From Candidatus Heimdallarchaeota archaeon B3_Heim (GTDB lineage Archaea > Asgardarchaeota > Heimdallarchaeia > Hodarchaeales > Hodarchaeaceae): a DNA stretch of 32,000 bases. Location: contig NJBF01000008.1 in the NCBI GenBank assembly GCA_003144275.1, forward strand, positions 1 through 32,000. Direction: 5' to 3'. Positions 17,792 through 27,980 of this stretch are shown in pieces. The first letter of the stretch is position 1; each line of letters starts with the position of its first letter. The position numbers and the translations under genes are program-made. The notes beneath the pieces are model-generated. The model ran no database searches and was not told the origin of the DNA. It was given only the letters and a program-made list of their open reading frames with translations.

Positions 17792-18547
17792 TTGTGGTTT
17801 TTCATGCAAGATGAGAATGTTCCGATAAATGATATTACAGAGAGGAAAAAGCCCTCTCTAGAATTAGATGAGAAAGATATCATTATCAATGATTTACGGG
17901 AAGAAATAAAGCGCATGAAAGATCAATCGAAGCTAAAACTCAATGAAGCTTTTGGTGATTCCACTAATCTCGAAAAACAACTTCAAGAAAGTCAAGATGT
18001 GCTCACTACGGTTAAAACTGCTCTTCAAACAGAAGTAGCAAAATCTGAAACACGAGCTGCTGAAAAACAAGAACTAGAGAAACAGATTCAGGAAATGACT
18101 GAAATTCATGCGCAAAAAGACTCGACAGCTGAATCTTATTTGCAGCAAATTGCGAAATTACAACAGCTACTGCAAGATACAGAAAGCGAGATTGAGGGCA
18201 TAGAAGCAGGTCATTTGGCAATTCAAAGGCAGCTAGAAGAAGAAATCAAACGAATGGAGGACCGATATGGCCAAGTAAGTGAAGATTTAAGCCGAGAATC
18301 ATCTAGTACGCACGCGCAAGATATTCTGATTCGGACTGTCCTCCAAGAATCTGAATTGGGAAAAATCACAATGTTCATTGTTGATTATTTCGAAAATTCT
18401 AAAAAGAAGTCACTAGCTAGAGAAACGATAGCCTTAGAATTACAACTTGCCCCGATTATTATTCGCTCCCACTTACGACTACTACATGGTTTGGGGGTTT
18501 GTTCTTTCAACGAAGTTTCCGGAGAAGTTAAATTAATTAGACAATAA
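17792..18547 (+). CDS. Coiled-coil protein with C-terminal winged helix-turn-helix
   Basis: Residues ~25-170 form a heptad-rich E/Q/K/L coiled coil; C-terminal 'SLARETIALELQLAPIIIRSHLRLLHGLGVCSFNEVSGEVKL' fits a wHTH; likely start is the ATG at 17804. Confidence 0.8.
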   Translation: MWFFMQDENVPINDITERKKPSLELDEKDIIINDLREEIKRMKDQSKLKLNEAFGDSTNLEKQLQESQDVLTTVKTALQTEVAKSETRAAEKQELEKQIQEMTEIHAQKDSTAESYLQQIAKLQQLLQDTESEIEGIEAGHLAIQRQLEEEIKRMEDRYGQVSEDLSRESSSTHAQDILIRTVLQESELGKITMFIVDYFENSKKKSLARETIALELQLAPIIIRSHLRLLHGLGVCSFNEVSGEVKLIRQ

Positions 18548-18576
18548 CAGGTGCTTCTTTTATCTGAATAAGCATT

Positions 18577-18921
18577 TTATTTTTTAATGGAGGAGTTGAG
18601 GCGAATTGAATAAACTCCATTATTTCCTGCAATAACAGGCGTTTTCTTTTTCTGAGGTTCACATTTAAGCAATTTATCAACATTAATATCATATATTCCA
18701 ATTTGCTTCTCTCTAATCGTCAGAAACTCCATATCTTCCGGCCGTCCAGCTTTTTCTGGAGTAAAGGATACAGGTTGAGTCGCTTTAGGCTGTAAACGTA
18801 AGCGAAATAAACGATGTCCACATTCACACCCTGTGAAAAGTTCGTTGGCTTTTTCTGGTGTTCGATCGCATTTTGCACAACGATAGCGTGTTAAATTGAC
18901 CTCTCCACTTGTTAAAGCCAT
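18577..18921 (-). CDS. oapC: OapC/ArvC family Zn-ribbon protein (DUF2072)
   Basis: YRCAKCDR...FTGCECGHRLF Zn ribbon and C-terminal 'GIYDINVDKLL...GVYSIRL'; third gene of the oap operon. Confidence 0.85.
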   Translation of the reverse strand: MALTSGEVNLTRYRCAKCDRTPEKANELFTGCECGHRLFRLRLQPKATQPVSFTPEKAGRPEDMEFLTIREKQIGIYDINVDKLLKCEPQKKKTPVIAGNNGVYSIRLNSSIKK

Positions 18922-18936
18922 ATTTTCACCGTCAAA

Positions 18937-19254
18937 TCAGACAAGAGCAATTGAAAGATGTTCATAGTTATGGGGTGCAATTACCGTCATCTTGAGATTT
19001 CTCCTATTGAACAGTCCGCTCATTCTGAGGGGGGTTGGATTGAGAATTTTATATCCCAAGAACTTTTGGTGATCTATTTGAGTCATAGTTTCCTGTATCA
19101 ATGCAGCTTCTTCTTCAGGATTAAGACCGCCTTCAAAAACCAAAACACAATCTGTTTTCAGTTTTGAAATTATATAATCACATTTTTGGGTGCTGTTCAT
19201 TTTTCGTGTGGTATGTTCGGTTACAAAATTGATACGTAAGTCCACTTTTTGCAC
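18937..19254 (-). CDS. oapB: OapB/ArvB family protein (DUF2073)
   Basis: 'VLVFEGGLNPEEEAALIQETMTQID...F.G' and 'MTVIAP' motifs; lies between oapA and oapC; GTG start. Confidence 0.88.
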   Translation of the reverse strand: MQKVDLRINFVTEHTTRKMNSTQKCDYIISKLKTDCVLVFEGGLNPEEEAALIQETMTQIDHQKFLGYKILNPTPLRMSGLFNRRNLKMTVIAPHNYEHLSIALV

Positions 19255-19257
19255 CTC

Positions 19258-19872
19258 TCACATTCCTGACACAGATAGGATACTTCCATACAATTCATTC
19301 ATTCCAGATCCATCTTTTGCTGAAATTGGAATAATGTCACTTTGGAATGTTTCTTTTACAAGTTCTGGATCAGCCTCGGCCAAATCGGATTTATTGGCCG
19401 CTACAATGATTGGGATTTTTCTTGCTTCAAGATTTCCTATCACAGTCCAATTTATTTGGTCAAATGGTGCACGAGCAGCGTCAACTACTACTATTGCAGC
19501 ATCCATTTTATCTAAGCTTTGAATAGCTTTTATTACACCTCGGGTCGCTTCTTTTGCTCGTTGAATACTATCCTGTCGTGATAAACCATGTTGTTGGAAT
19601 TCACGATAATCAATTGATGTGGTAATACCTGGAGTGTCAACAATGGTTAAATCTAAGGATCCATTATGGTCACTAATAACACAGTGTTCCAGAGCTTTGC
19701 AATCACGAGTTTCATGAGGGACTGGGCTCACCACACCTAATGGTTCACCGTTTCCACATTCATTGGAAATACGATTTGCGAGAGTTGTTTTTCCTGCGTT
19801 AGGAGCTCCCAGGATTCCTATAGTAACTTGGGTTTTTCGGCTACGTGCAAATAATCGCGATAAGATACTCAT
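19258..19872 (-). CDS. oapA: OapA/ArvA Era-like small GTPase
   Basis: G1 GAPNAGKTTLANRI, family motif PHETR, G3 VDTPGITTSIDYREF, 'AKEATRGVIKAI', G4 ANKSDL, G5 ISAKDG. Confidence 0.92.
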   Translation of the reverse strand: MSILSRLFARSRKTQVTIGILGAPNAGKTTLANRISNECGNGEPLGVVSPVPHETRDCKALEHCVISDHNGSLDLTIVDTPGITTSIDYREFQQHGLSRQDSIQRAKEATRGVIKAIQSLDKMDAAIVVVDAARAPFDQINWTVIGNLEARKIPIIVAANKSDLAEADPELVKETFQSDIIPISAKDGSGMNELYGSILSVSGM

Positions 19873-19985
19873 CTCATCGATGCCTCCTATTAATTTCTTG
19901 ATTGTTACAAGATTAAGTTAGAGAAAATACTCCTTTTCGCATTAAAAGAAACACATAATATGAGGATAGTACAATTTCCAGTAAA

Positions 19986-21365
19986 TTACCGATTAGAGGA
20001 TCCAAGATGCTTTTCTAGCTCAAAATCTAAAGGATTAGCATAAATGTATTTATGAAAGCTCGCTCCAATAATTCGTAGCGCAGTTATGAGAAGTAGAAGC
20101 GCCACTAACACAAATTCGAACCCAAGATCTTTATCGGTAATAGCTAATACTGTCAAGAGAACTTCCATCAATAATCCAGCAAATAAGGAACCGGTAAAAG
20201 CAAAAATACCTTCAAAAGTGAGCAATATTGAGTAATAACGAGCTCGTGTATCTACAGTGGAACAGTCAAGCGAATAGGACGAAATTGCTGTATCCTCGGC
20301 ACCGAAAGCAAATCCTCCTGGAATATTAACAAGAAGGAGGAACCACACATTTCCTGTAACTAATCCTATTGCGTAACCAAAAGGAACAACCGCATATCCA
20401 AAACGAGAAAGAGTTATCACAATTTTTTTACCAAATCGATCTGCAAGTATTCCCCCAACGGATTGACCAAGTCCCCTTGGTAAATTAAATACTGCCCATA
20501 AAATCGAAACTTCCAACCATGAGTGAGCTACTCTGAGAGTGACAAATGGGAAAATTGGCCAAGCCATGCTCATACAAAATTTAAAGAAGCTGTTGATTGG
20601 GAGTAACCTTTTAAAGGGTTCATTCCTTTCAATCAAGTTTCGGGTCGAAGGATGGAGCTCATCTCGAAATATAGCTCTTTTACGAATGTCATATTTTTCT
20701 TTAAGAAATAATTCACTCCCTAATGCTAGCGTAAAGATAATAGCTCCAGTTATGAATGGAATAAAGAAGACTGGTTTACTTTCTGCATATGTAGCTATTT
20801 CTGAGGGAAATGGAAATGGTGTACTATCCATCCACCATCCTAAGAGAAGAATAACAAAAAGCGAGCTTAATGTGCCAATCGAATTAATAAATCCGATAAA
20901 TGATGCACGTTTTTCTTCAGAGGTATAGTCACCAAGAAAAGCTATCCAAGCTGGGATAAAGCTGAATCCAAGTGACGTCATGATTATTGATAGGAGTACG
21001 AGTTCAAGAGGATTGGATACAAATGGAGTGAGAAAAATGGTTAAGGCCAAAGTCGTTAATCCAATGGTCATGACTAATTTACGCCCTCTCAGATCAGCTA
21101 GCCAACCCCAAACAGATTGAAATAAATTTGAACCTAAATTTCTCACAGATGTGAGAATAGATTGCTCTAAAGGACTTGCACCCAAAACTACCCCAAAATA
21201 GGAAAGATAAGTGAAGATAGATGACCTTCCAGCCGCCCAAGCGATACTGGTGGTATAAATAGGAATTTTTTCCCTCTTCTCTTTAGATTTTCTTTCTGAG
21301 TCTGTATCTTTATCTGAAGAAGTGGTCGACGTAATATCAGAACTCATTAGTTTAAACAAATCCAA
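19986..21365 (-). CDS. MFS transporter
   Basis: About 12 TM helices; motif A 'GWLADLRGRK' and 'GILADRFGKK'. Confidence 0.9.
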   Translation of the reverse strand: MDLFKLMSSDITSTTSSDKDTDSERKSKEKREKIPIYTTSIAWAAGRSSIFTYLSYFGVVLGASPLEQSILTSVRNLGSNLFQSVWGWLADLRGRKLVMTIGLTTLALTIFLTPFVSNPLELVLLSIIMTSLGFSFIPAWIAFLGDYTSEEKRASFIGFINSIGTLSSLFVILLLGWWMDSTPFPFPSEIATYAESKPVFFIPFITGAIIFTLALGSELFLKEKYDIRKRAIFRDELHPSTRNLIERNEPFKRLLPINSFFKFCMSMAWPIFPFVTLRVAHSWLEVSILWAVFNLPRGLGQSVGGILADRFGKKIVITLSRFGYAVVPFGYAIGLVTGNVWFLLLVNIPGGFAFGAEDTAISSYSLDCSTVDTRARYYSILLTFEGIFAFTGSLFAGLLMEVLLTVLAITDKDLGFEFVLVALLLLITALRIIGASFHKYIYANPLDFELEKHLGSSNR

Positions 21366-21464
21366 TATACTTAAGATTCTATTAATTTAGGTTAATATAA
21401 GACAATAATCCATAATCCTAGAACATTTTTGGCGAGATGAAGATTGGTTAATCAATATATTTTC

Positions 21465-23240
21465 TCAGATATCCTGTCCAGCGAATTGCTTCTCATACAA
21501 ATCAGTAAAAATTCCCCCCTTGTTCATCAGTTCATGAAAAGTTCCCATTTCTACAATATTACCCTTATCAAGAACCACGATTTGATCAACAAACCGAATG
21601 GTACTTAATCTGTGGGCGATAACAAGGGTGGTACGATTACTAAGAATGTTATGCATACTTTGTTGGATCACCAGTTCAGTATGTGCATCAACTGAAGAGG
21701 TGGCTTCATCCAAAATTAATATTTTTGGATTTGCAAGCAGGGCGCGTGCAAAACAAATTAATTGACGTTCACCCATGGATAAACGAGAGCCACGCTCCCC
21801 TACCTGAAAATCAAGTCCTTTGCTCATCGTAAAGTCATAGGCTCCTACTTTTAGAAGCGCTCTTTCAATTTCTTTATCTGAAGCGTTAGAATTTCCGTAT
21901 AGAAGGTTATTCCGAATGCTATCACTGAACAAAAAACTATCTTGGGGGATAATTGCAATATTTTCCCTGTAGTTCTCTAAATTACAGTCACGGATATCGA
22001 CATCATCTAACATAATATTTCCGTCTTCAAAATCGTAAAATCGCAATAGTAGACTAGCTAGGGTAGTTTTTCCAGCGCCAGTATGACCCACTAACGCATA
22101 TGTCTGTTGGGGAGGAATCACTAAAGAAAAGTCTGTCAAAACAGGCTCTGTATCTGGAGTATAGCGAAATGTTACTTTGTTAAATACTAATTTCCCCGCA
22201 ACATCAGTGAGATATTTATCATCTCTTGATACAACTTGAGGTTTACTGTCCAAGATATCAAATATTCGTTCTATTGCAGCCATAGAGCTTAATAAGCTGT
22301 TGTAGAAGTTTGAAAGCACCATAATCGGAAGCGACAAACGTGTAACATATGAAAGAAAGGCAACTAATGTTCCTGGAGATATGAGCTCTTGACCCACTGA
22401 ATATCCCCCTACAGAAAGAACTAAAGCGGTTCCTAATGTTAGGAGTAAGTCCATAAGGGGAAACATAATAGCAAATAGCATTAATGCTCGTATTCGTGCT
22501 TGGTAATTATCTAGATTTAAAAGGTTAAATTCGTCTGTGACAAATTCTTCTGCTGAAAGTGCTTTCGTTACCGTTATTCCACTGATTGCCTCTTGATAAT
22601 ATCCAGTAACCTTAGCTAATGTTCTTCTCGTTCGTTGCCAAGCTGATCTAGTTTTGATTCGAAAATAGACAATAAAAACAGCTAAGAAGGGAAAAAAAAC
22701 AATTATTGTCAAACTCAAAGTAACATCTAGGGAAAACAATACAAGAAATAAGAGCCCTAGAAACATAACATTAACAACGGCATCGATAATTCCAGTAGAA
22801 AGTAAATTAAGTAATCTTTCCACATCATTCGTAATCCTAGATACTATTCGCCCTGTCGCTTCCTTATCATAGTAATCCATACTAAGTTCTTGAAGCTGAT
22901 AGAATGCCTCTTCTCGTATTTTCGTTATTATACGTAATCCTGTAATTGTGGTAACATAGCTTGTGATAACATTTAACAAAAATGAAAATACTGTTACAGA
23001 AAAATATATGATAGCAATAAAGCCTAATCCATTCAAATCCTTCTTGAGAATATAGTCATCAATAACGGATTTTAATAACAAAGGTTGGATGATTGTCAAA
23101 AACGTGGCTAAAAGCATCCCAACCAAAGCAACAGAAAAAATTTTACGATGGGGTAGTGTATAACGAATCAATCGCTTAAAGAGTTCAAAATCAGAATACT
23201 TATGATGCAGCAAATCTCGCTGATCCTGCCCGTGTGCCAT
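21465..23240 (-). CDS. ABC exporter fused TMD-NBD subunit (heterodimer; canonical Walker B/H-loop)
   Basis: GHTGAGKTT, LSMGERQ, ILILDEATSSVD, IAHRLST. Confidence 0.95.
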   Translation of the reverse strand: MAHGQDQRDLLHHKYSDFELFKRLIRYTLPHRKIFSVALVGMLLATFLTIIQPLLLKSVIDDYILKKDLNGLGFIAIIYFSVTVFSFLLNVITSYVTTITGLRIITKIREEAFYQLQELSMDYYDKEATGRIVSRITNDVERLLNLLSTGIIDAVVNVMFLGLLFLVLFSLDVTLSLTIIVFFPFLAVFIVYFRIKTRSAWQRTRRTLAKVTGYYQEAISGITVTKALSAEEFVTDEFNLLNLDNYQARIRALMLFAIMFPLMDLLLTLGTALVLSVGGYSVGQELISPGTLVAFLSYVTRLSLPIMVLSNFYNSLLSSMAAIERIFDILDSKPQVVSRDDKYLTDVAGKLVFNKVTFRYTPDTEPVLTDFSLVIPPQQTYALVGHTGAGKTTLASLLLRFYDFEDGNIMLDDVDIRDCNLENYRENIAIIPQDSFLFSDSIRNNLLYGNSNASDKEIERALLKVGAYDFTMSKGLDFQVGERGSRLSMGERQLICFARALLANPKILILDEATSSVDAHTELVIQQSMHNILSNRTTLVIAHRLSTIRFVDQIVVLDKGNIVEMGTFHELMNKGGIFTDLYEKQFAGQDI

Positions 23241-23241
23241 T

Positions 23242-25053
23242 TTATTCCTCTCTCTCCTTAATGATTTTTTCTAGTGTGAGTTTTACATCGATTTGGCCAC
23301 TTTCTTGGGTCTTCCAAAGCAGAGGATAGATTTCACCAGTTTTGATTAGTTCATCATGAGTTCCTTCTTCAATTATCTGTCCGCGATTTAGAATCACGAT
23401 ACGATCAACATTTTTTAAAGTACTGAGACGTTGAGTTATGAAAATTACAGTATGCTTGATTGAAGAAGTCTTTAGCATTTTATCAAATGCCGTAAGAAAT
23501 TGTGCTTCTGTATAAATATCGAGAGAGGAGGTGGCATCGTCAAGGACCATTATTGGATTTTTCCGAAGAAGCATCCTCGCAATTGCTAATCTCTGCTTTT
23601 GACCTCCAGATAGTGTCACTCCCCTCTCTCCTACAAGAGTATTAAGTCCATCAGGTAAGGATTTTATAAATTCGGCTAGCTGTGTAATTTTTAAAACCTG
23701 TTCAATCTCCGATGTATCAATATCACCAAGTTCAAATATTAAATTCTCTGCTATTGTCCTTCCAAACAGGAATGGTTCTTGATGTACAAATCCAACACAT
23801 TTCCGCCACGTTGATAGATCAAGATCTGCAATATTATGTGAATTCCCATTGTATTCAACAAGAACCTGTCCTGAGGTTACATCCTGAAAACGTGGAATTA
23901 GGGAAATTAGCGTACTCTTCCCAGAACCAGTTGATCCTAATATTGCTACTTTTTCTCCCGATTTTATTGTCAAGGATATATTTGAGAGAATAGCACGATC
24001 TGAGTACTTGAATGAAACTCGATCAAACAGAATATGAGGAGTTTCATTTAAAGGAACAGTATATCCAACCATTTCCTTCTCTGTGAACGATGTATCTTCA
24101 ATAAGAGAAAACACACGGTTCCCTGCTGCTACTACACGTTGATATGTTATTAGAGAAAACGCAAGAAATCGTGTAGGTAAAGCGAGCATTGTAAAGTAGG
24201 TGAATAACGAAATGAGTATTCCTGTGGATATTCGTTCTTCAATGGCTGCTACCCCCCCAGCATAGATTAGAATCGTTACTAGAAGATTCACAACTAAGAC
24301 AATGGAGGGAAGGAAAATTGATCGGATTTTAAACGCATATGCCCTGAGTTCCATGTATCCTTGATTATGTTGGTCAAACTTTTGCTTTTCTCGTTCCTCC
24401 GCGTGAAAGGCCCTAACTATTTGAGCTCCTGAGATATTTTCAGTAATAACTGCAGTCAGTTCTCCATATTTTTCGCGTAATTCAAAAAATAGCGGCCCTA
24501 AGATGCGAGAAATCCCGTATGAAAGAAGAATTAGGCTTGGAGTGACAACAGCTATAAGTAGGAAGAGTGTGACATCAATGGAAAGGAGAATTAGATAAAT
24601 ACCTGTGTAGGTCAAAAATGCTTGCAGGAGAATTCTTTCTCCCCATACAAGAAATTCACCAATTGGTTCAAGATCTGTTGTTGCCCGTGACATCAAATCA
24701 CCTGTTCTGTGGCGATCAAAGAATTTCATATTAGACGTTTCATACTTGACAAAAAGATCCGACCTAATTTCACGAATGATTGCTTCTCCTTGTAAATAAC
24801 CTGAATATCTTCCCACAAAATGCATGATTCCGCGAATAAGACTTGCAATTACGATTAAAACCACGCCTGAAAGAACTAAAGATGTTTCAAAGTTACCTGT
24901 TTCTAGTGATTTGAGAATATTATCAATCGTAAGTCCTATTAGCAATGGAATGGCTAATTCAGCGACTTGAGATATAAAAATGGATACTAACACGAGTAAA
25001 GCTAGAGATTTACGTGTAAGTAGGTATGAAAGTAGCTGTTTTAAGACATTCAC
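23242..25053 (-). CDS. ABC exporter fused TMD-NBD subunit (heterodimer; degenerate Walker B/H-loop, TM287-like)
   Basis: GSTGSGKST, LSGGQKQ; Walker B MVLDDATSSLD (E to D) and switch ITQRLST (H to Q), as in TM287/288-type heterodimers. Confidence 0.95.
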   Translation of the reverse strand: MNVLKQLLSYLLTRKSLALLVLVSIFISQVAELAIPLLIGLTIDNILKSLETGNFETSLVLSGVVLIVIASLIRGIMHFVGRYSGYLQGEAIIREIRSDLFVKYETSNMKFFDRHRTGDLMSRATTDLEPIGEFLVWGERILLQAFLTYTGIYLILLSIDVTLFLLIAVVTPSLILLSYGISRILGPLFFELREKYGELTAVITENISGAQIVRAFHAEEREKQKFDQHNQGYMELRAYAFKIRSIFLPSIVLVVNLLVTILIYAGGVAAIEERISTGILISLFTYFTMLALPTRFLAFSLITYQRVVAAGNRVFSLIEDTSFTEKEMVGYTVPLNETPHILFDRVSFKYSDRAILSNISLTIKSGEKVAILGSTGSGKSTLISLIPRFQDVTSGQVLVEYNGNSHNIADLDLSTWRKCVGFVHQEPFLFGRTIAENLIFELGDIDTSEIEQVLKITQLAEFIKSLPDGLNTLVGERGVTLSGGQKQRLAIARMLLRKNPIMVLDDATSSLDIYTEAQFLTAFDKMLKTSSIKHTVIFITQRLSTLKNVDRIVILNRGQIIEEGTHDELIKTGEIYPLLWKTQESGQIDVKLTLEKIIKEREE

Positions 25054-25096
25054 TAAGGATTTGCACCTCTAAGGTTAGATAATTTCAACCAAGAAG

Positions 25097-26011
25097 TTAG
25101 GTACTAGCCTCATCAATTTTTTCCTCAAAAAAACCGAGAATCTCGCTTTTCAAGTCGAAAATTATATAAGGATTAGCTACAATTATATTTAACTGAAATA
25201 TCGATCTAGATTTCATGAACCAACTGATTTCTGTCACCGTACGGGAACTGAACTTATTACTTGTGGCATCTAGCGCATTTTTCGCAAGAGAGTAGGCGTA
25301 TTTGTCTGCATTCACGTTTACTTCCAGTGGATAAAGATAATATTTTTGATCCTTCTGATTAGCAAATTTTGTTCTCATTCCTTTGAGGATATCGACTACA
25401 TCATCCACACTGTCGAACTTATCACCTTCATGATCCCTCCAAGTAATTGTACCCTTATCCAGTGACTCAGATGGGATAGTTATCTCGGTGTTCTTAATGA
25501 TAGTCCCCAATAATTTTTGATTAGTGATTAGTACATGCACTCCTTCCGGGGTAAGGATATTAGTATAATTGATAGAAATTTCTTCCACAATTCCTTCTAC
25601 CTTAAAATTGGGAAGGATGACATAATCACCTACACTAAACGGATTAGTAACCAATAAATACAAACCACTGATGAAATTGCCTATCGTTGAAGAAGATGCA
25701 AAACCGATTGCAGTACCGAGTAATGCAGCCGCACCAACAAAGAATTCTGGACCACCTAACCACAACAACCCTAATAGTAAAATTGTGGCTCTACCTATGG
25801 TGCGTAACGCATTATGTTGAGTCGGAGTTAGTTTTGACTTAATTCTGTTTAATAAAAAGCTCCAAAGAAGCCAGAAACAAATGAAAATCAGCATACCAAT
25901 TGCCAGACCTTGTAAGAATGGAATGGAATCGTCATATAATGATTGAAAAGTTATTATTACCTTGTCAAGGGAATCTTGTAAGACTGTCAAGTATATCACT
26001 TCAATTTTCAA
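25097..26011 (-). CDS. mscS: Small-conductance mechanosensitive channel family protein
   Basis: 'GTAIGFASSSTIGNFISGLYLLVTNPFSVGDYV...GIVEEISINYT'; TTG start. Confidence 0.88.
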   Translation of the reverse strand: MKIEVIYLTVLQDSLDKVIITFQSLYDDSIPFLQGLAIGMLIFICFWLLWSFLLNRIKSKLTPTQHNALRTIGRATILLLGLLWLGGPEFFVGAAALLGTAIGFASSSTIGNFISGLYLLVTNPFSVGDYVILPNFKVEGIVEEISINYTNILTPEGVHVLITNQKLLGTIIKNTEITIPSESLDKGTITWRDHEGDKFDSVDDVVDILKGMRTKFANQKDQKYYLYPLEVNVNADKYAYSLAKNALDATSNKFSSRTVTEISWFMKSRSIFQLNIIVANPYIIFDLKSEILGFFEEKIDEAST

Positions 26012-26217
26012 ACGGAATGTTTATTTTTAATTAGCTTACCTCACCATTTCCCTCCTTCAGGAATCTTGGGAATATCCACTTAGATATTTATTCTCAGGTC
26101 AATCATAATGCATCAGATCGAGGTAGAGAATACCCATTAGGAAGCTAATAAAACAGAGAAATCTTACCTCCCAATCATGATACTGTATATAAAATCATTC
26201 TAATATTCTAAATATCA

Positions 26218-27165
26218 CTAAGGCGTGTTAGATAAATTTTTCAAAGGATCAATCTCACGCCTGAGGATAAATAACGCAATAAGGATTCCCAACAATCCAA
26301 AGATCTTATAGAATGATTGCAGGGTAAGTGCTCCTGTCACCTCATATATTAAATCCTCATAGAATACAAAATAAGCCCCGATAAATGCTATTGTTACCGA
26401 TAGAGCATTCGTAATCGGTGATACAATCGATAAGCGACCACGTTCAAATGCTAATTGCTGTGCAATTGTTGCAAAACCATAAGTAATAATGAGCATGCAA
26501 AAGGAATAGAGGATTATGCCGTTTCTTGGAAGAATCGTTTGAATTTCTCCATTTAGACCAATTAGTAAGCTCTTTGTAAAGAACGTTCCGATTCCAAAAA
26601 AGGCTCCAGCAAAAATTGGTAGAATTAATTCTGAAGAACCCCCCTTTTTTACAATGAATAAAATTACGATCATTGCTACCATTAATCCTAATGTTACGGG
26701 AAGAAAAAGAAGCAGGAGAGGTTCATTCATTTCATTATTAGATTCGATATTTGGAGTTAAAGCGAATAAAAGTAATCCTACAATTAATATTCCGACCCCC
26801 ACCCACTCAATAATCGATAAACGCTCTTTGAAAACAACAGCCGCAAAAATGAAAGTAAATAGCAAATTTGTATTGACTAGAGGTTTAATAATTGATACAT
26901 CGTAGATATTTAACGCAACAGTATAAATAATAAAGCCTGTTAAAGCAGCTATCCCACCGATAAACCACATAGGCGTTGATAATAAGTTCCAAGCTGCTGG
27001 AAGAACATCTCGAAAGAAATCATTAATTTTAATTCCACCTGATCGGAAGATGCCGATTTTCATGATAATTGCGGATCCTCCTGAAATGACCCCGTAAAGG
27101 AGCATGATTAGCAAAACGACTGTATTACTCTCAAATGACATAGTTACAAACCACTGTACTGCCAC
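26218..27165 (-). CDS. EamA/DMT superfamily transporter
   Basis: About 10 TM helices; 'VSIIKPLVNTNLLFTFIFAAVVFKERLS..EWVG' and 'LSIVSPI'; the start may be the ATG at 27141. Confidence 0.85.
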   Translation of the reverse strand: MAVQWFVTMSFESNTVVLLIMLLYGVISGGSAIIMKIGIFRSGGIKINDFFRDVLPAAWNLLSTPMWFIGGIAALTGFIIYTVALNIYDVSIIKPLVNTNLLFTFIFAAVVFKERLSIIEWVGVGILIVGLLLFALTPNIESNNEMNEPLLLLFLPVTLGLMVAMIVILFIVKKGGSSELILPIFAGAFFGIGTFFTKSLLIGLNGEIQTILPRNGIILYSFCMLIITYGFATIAQQLAFERGRLSIVSPITNALSVTIAFIGAYFVFYEDLIYEVTGALTLQSFYKIFGLLGILIALFILRREIDPLKNLSNTP

Positions 27166-27212
27166 GAGTCTGAAAATTTGCTTAAATTGAATGATAGGTG
27201 AAATAATCTAAT

Positions 27213-27869
27213 TTATTCTTCTTCATCTCCACGAATATCAGATACCTCTTTTATTCTCTCCTCAGAAGGCTGGAAAAGCTCCTCCTGAAGAATCTCAGTT
27301 CTTTGAGCTAGATAATTAAGTTCATCAGATGATAATTCTGGTGATTGATCATCAGATTCACTTAACGTCTCAAATGAAGGCAGAGTAGATGATGCAGAAC
27401 GGACATCTTGTTGATCATCAATAGTCTTATCTTCTTCACCAAGGGTGAGGTATTTTACTTCTTGATAGGAAAGCTGGTGTGATGTATCCTGAACAATTGG
27501 TTTTGGGGGATGTTCCTCTGAGGAAGATTCCTCCCTGATTATGCCAGTAACAGACTCATAAGTCTCCTGATCCACATATTCTATTGATGTTTCATGAGTG
27601 ACCTTATCGTCCATATGTTCACTTTCTAATTCGATGTGAATGAACAACTTCCCATAATTCTGTAGAGGAATAACTGGTACGTGTAATTCCAGAAAATCAC
27701 GCTTGGAAGCCCCAGTATAAAATCCACGTAGGTGATCTGATTCATCCAAGATCTTTACACGATATTTAGTTACTCCATCATTTAATTTGCATCGAATATA
27801 GAAAGGAATGCAAATATTCATAACAGAAAATTCATCCCCCACATCGTCCACGATTTCTATTTTCCTCAT
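27213..27869 (-). CDS. Hypothetical cytoplasmic protein: beta-rich N-terminal domain plus acidic low-complexity tail
   Basis: 218-aa ORF with alternating-hydrophobic beta strands over ~100 aa, then an E/D/S-rich tail ending DEEE. Confidence 0.75.
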   Translation of the reverse strand: MRKIEIVDDVGDEFSVMNICIPFYIRCKLNDGVTKYRVKILDESDHLRGFYTGASKRDFLELHVPVIPLQNYGKLFIHIELESEHMDDKVTHETSIEYVDQETYESVTGIIREESSSEEHPPKPIVQDTSHQLSYQEVKYLTLGEEDKTIDDQQDVRSASSTLPSFETLSESDDQSPELSSDELNYLAQRTEILQEELFQPSEERIKEVSDIRGDEEE

Positions 27870-27980
27870 GATTTTTTACCTACTGGAAATGCAATGATTG
27901 GCACATATACGCATAAATTTAACTGGAACCACCTTAGAACTTAGTTTTGACAAAACATTTAATTAATCATACCATAAAGA

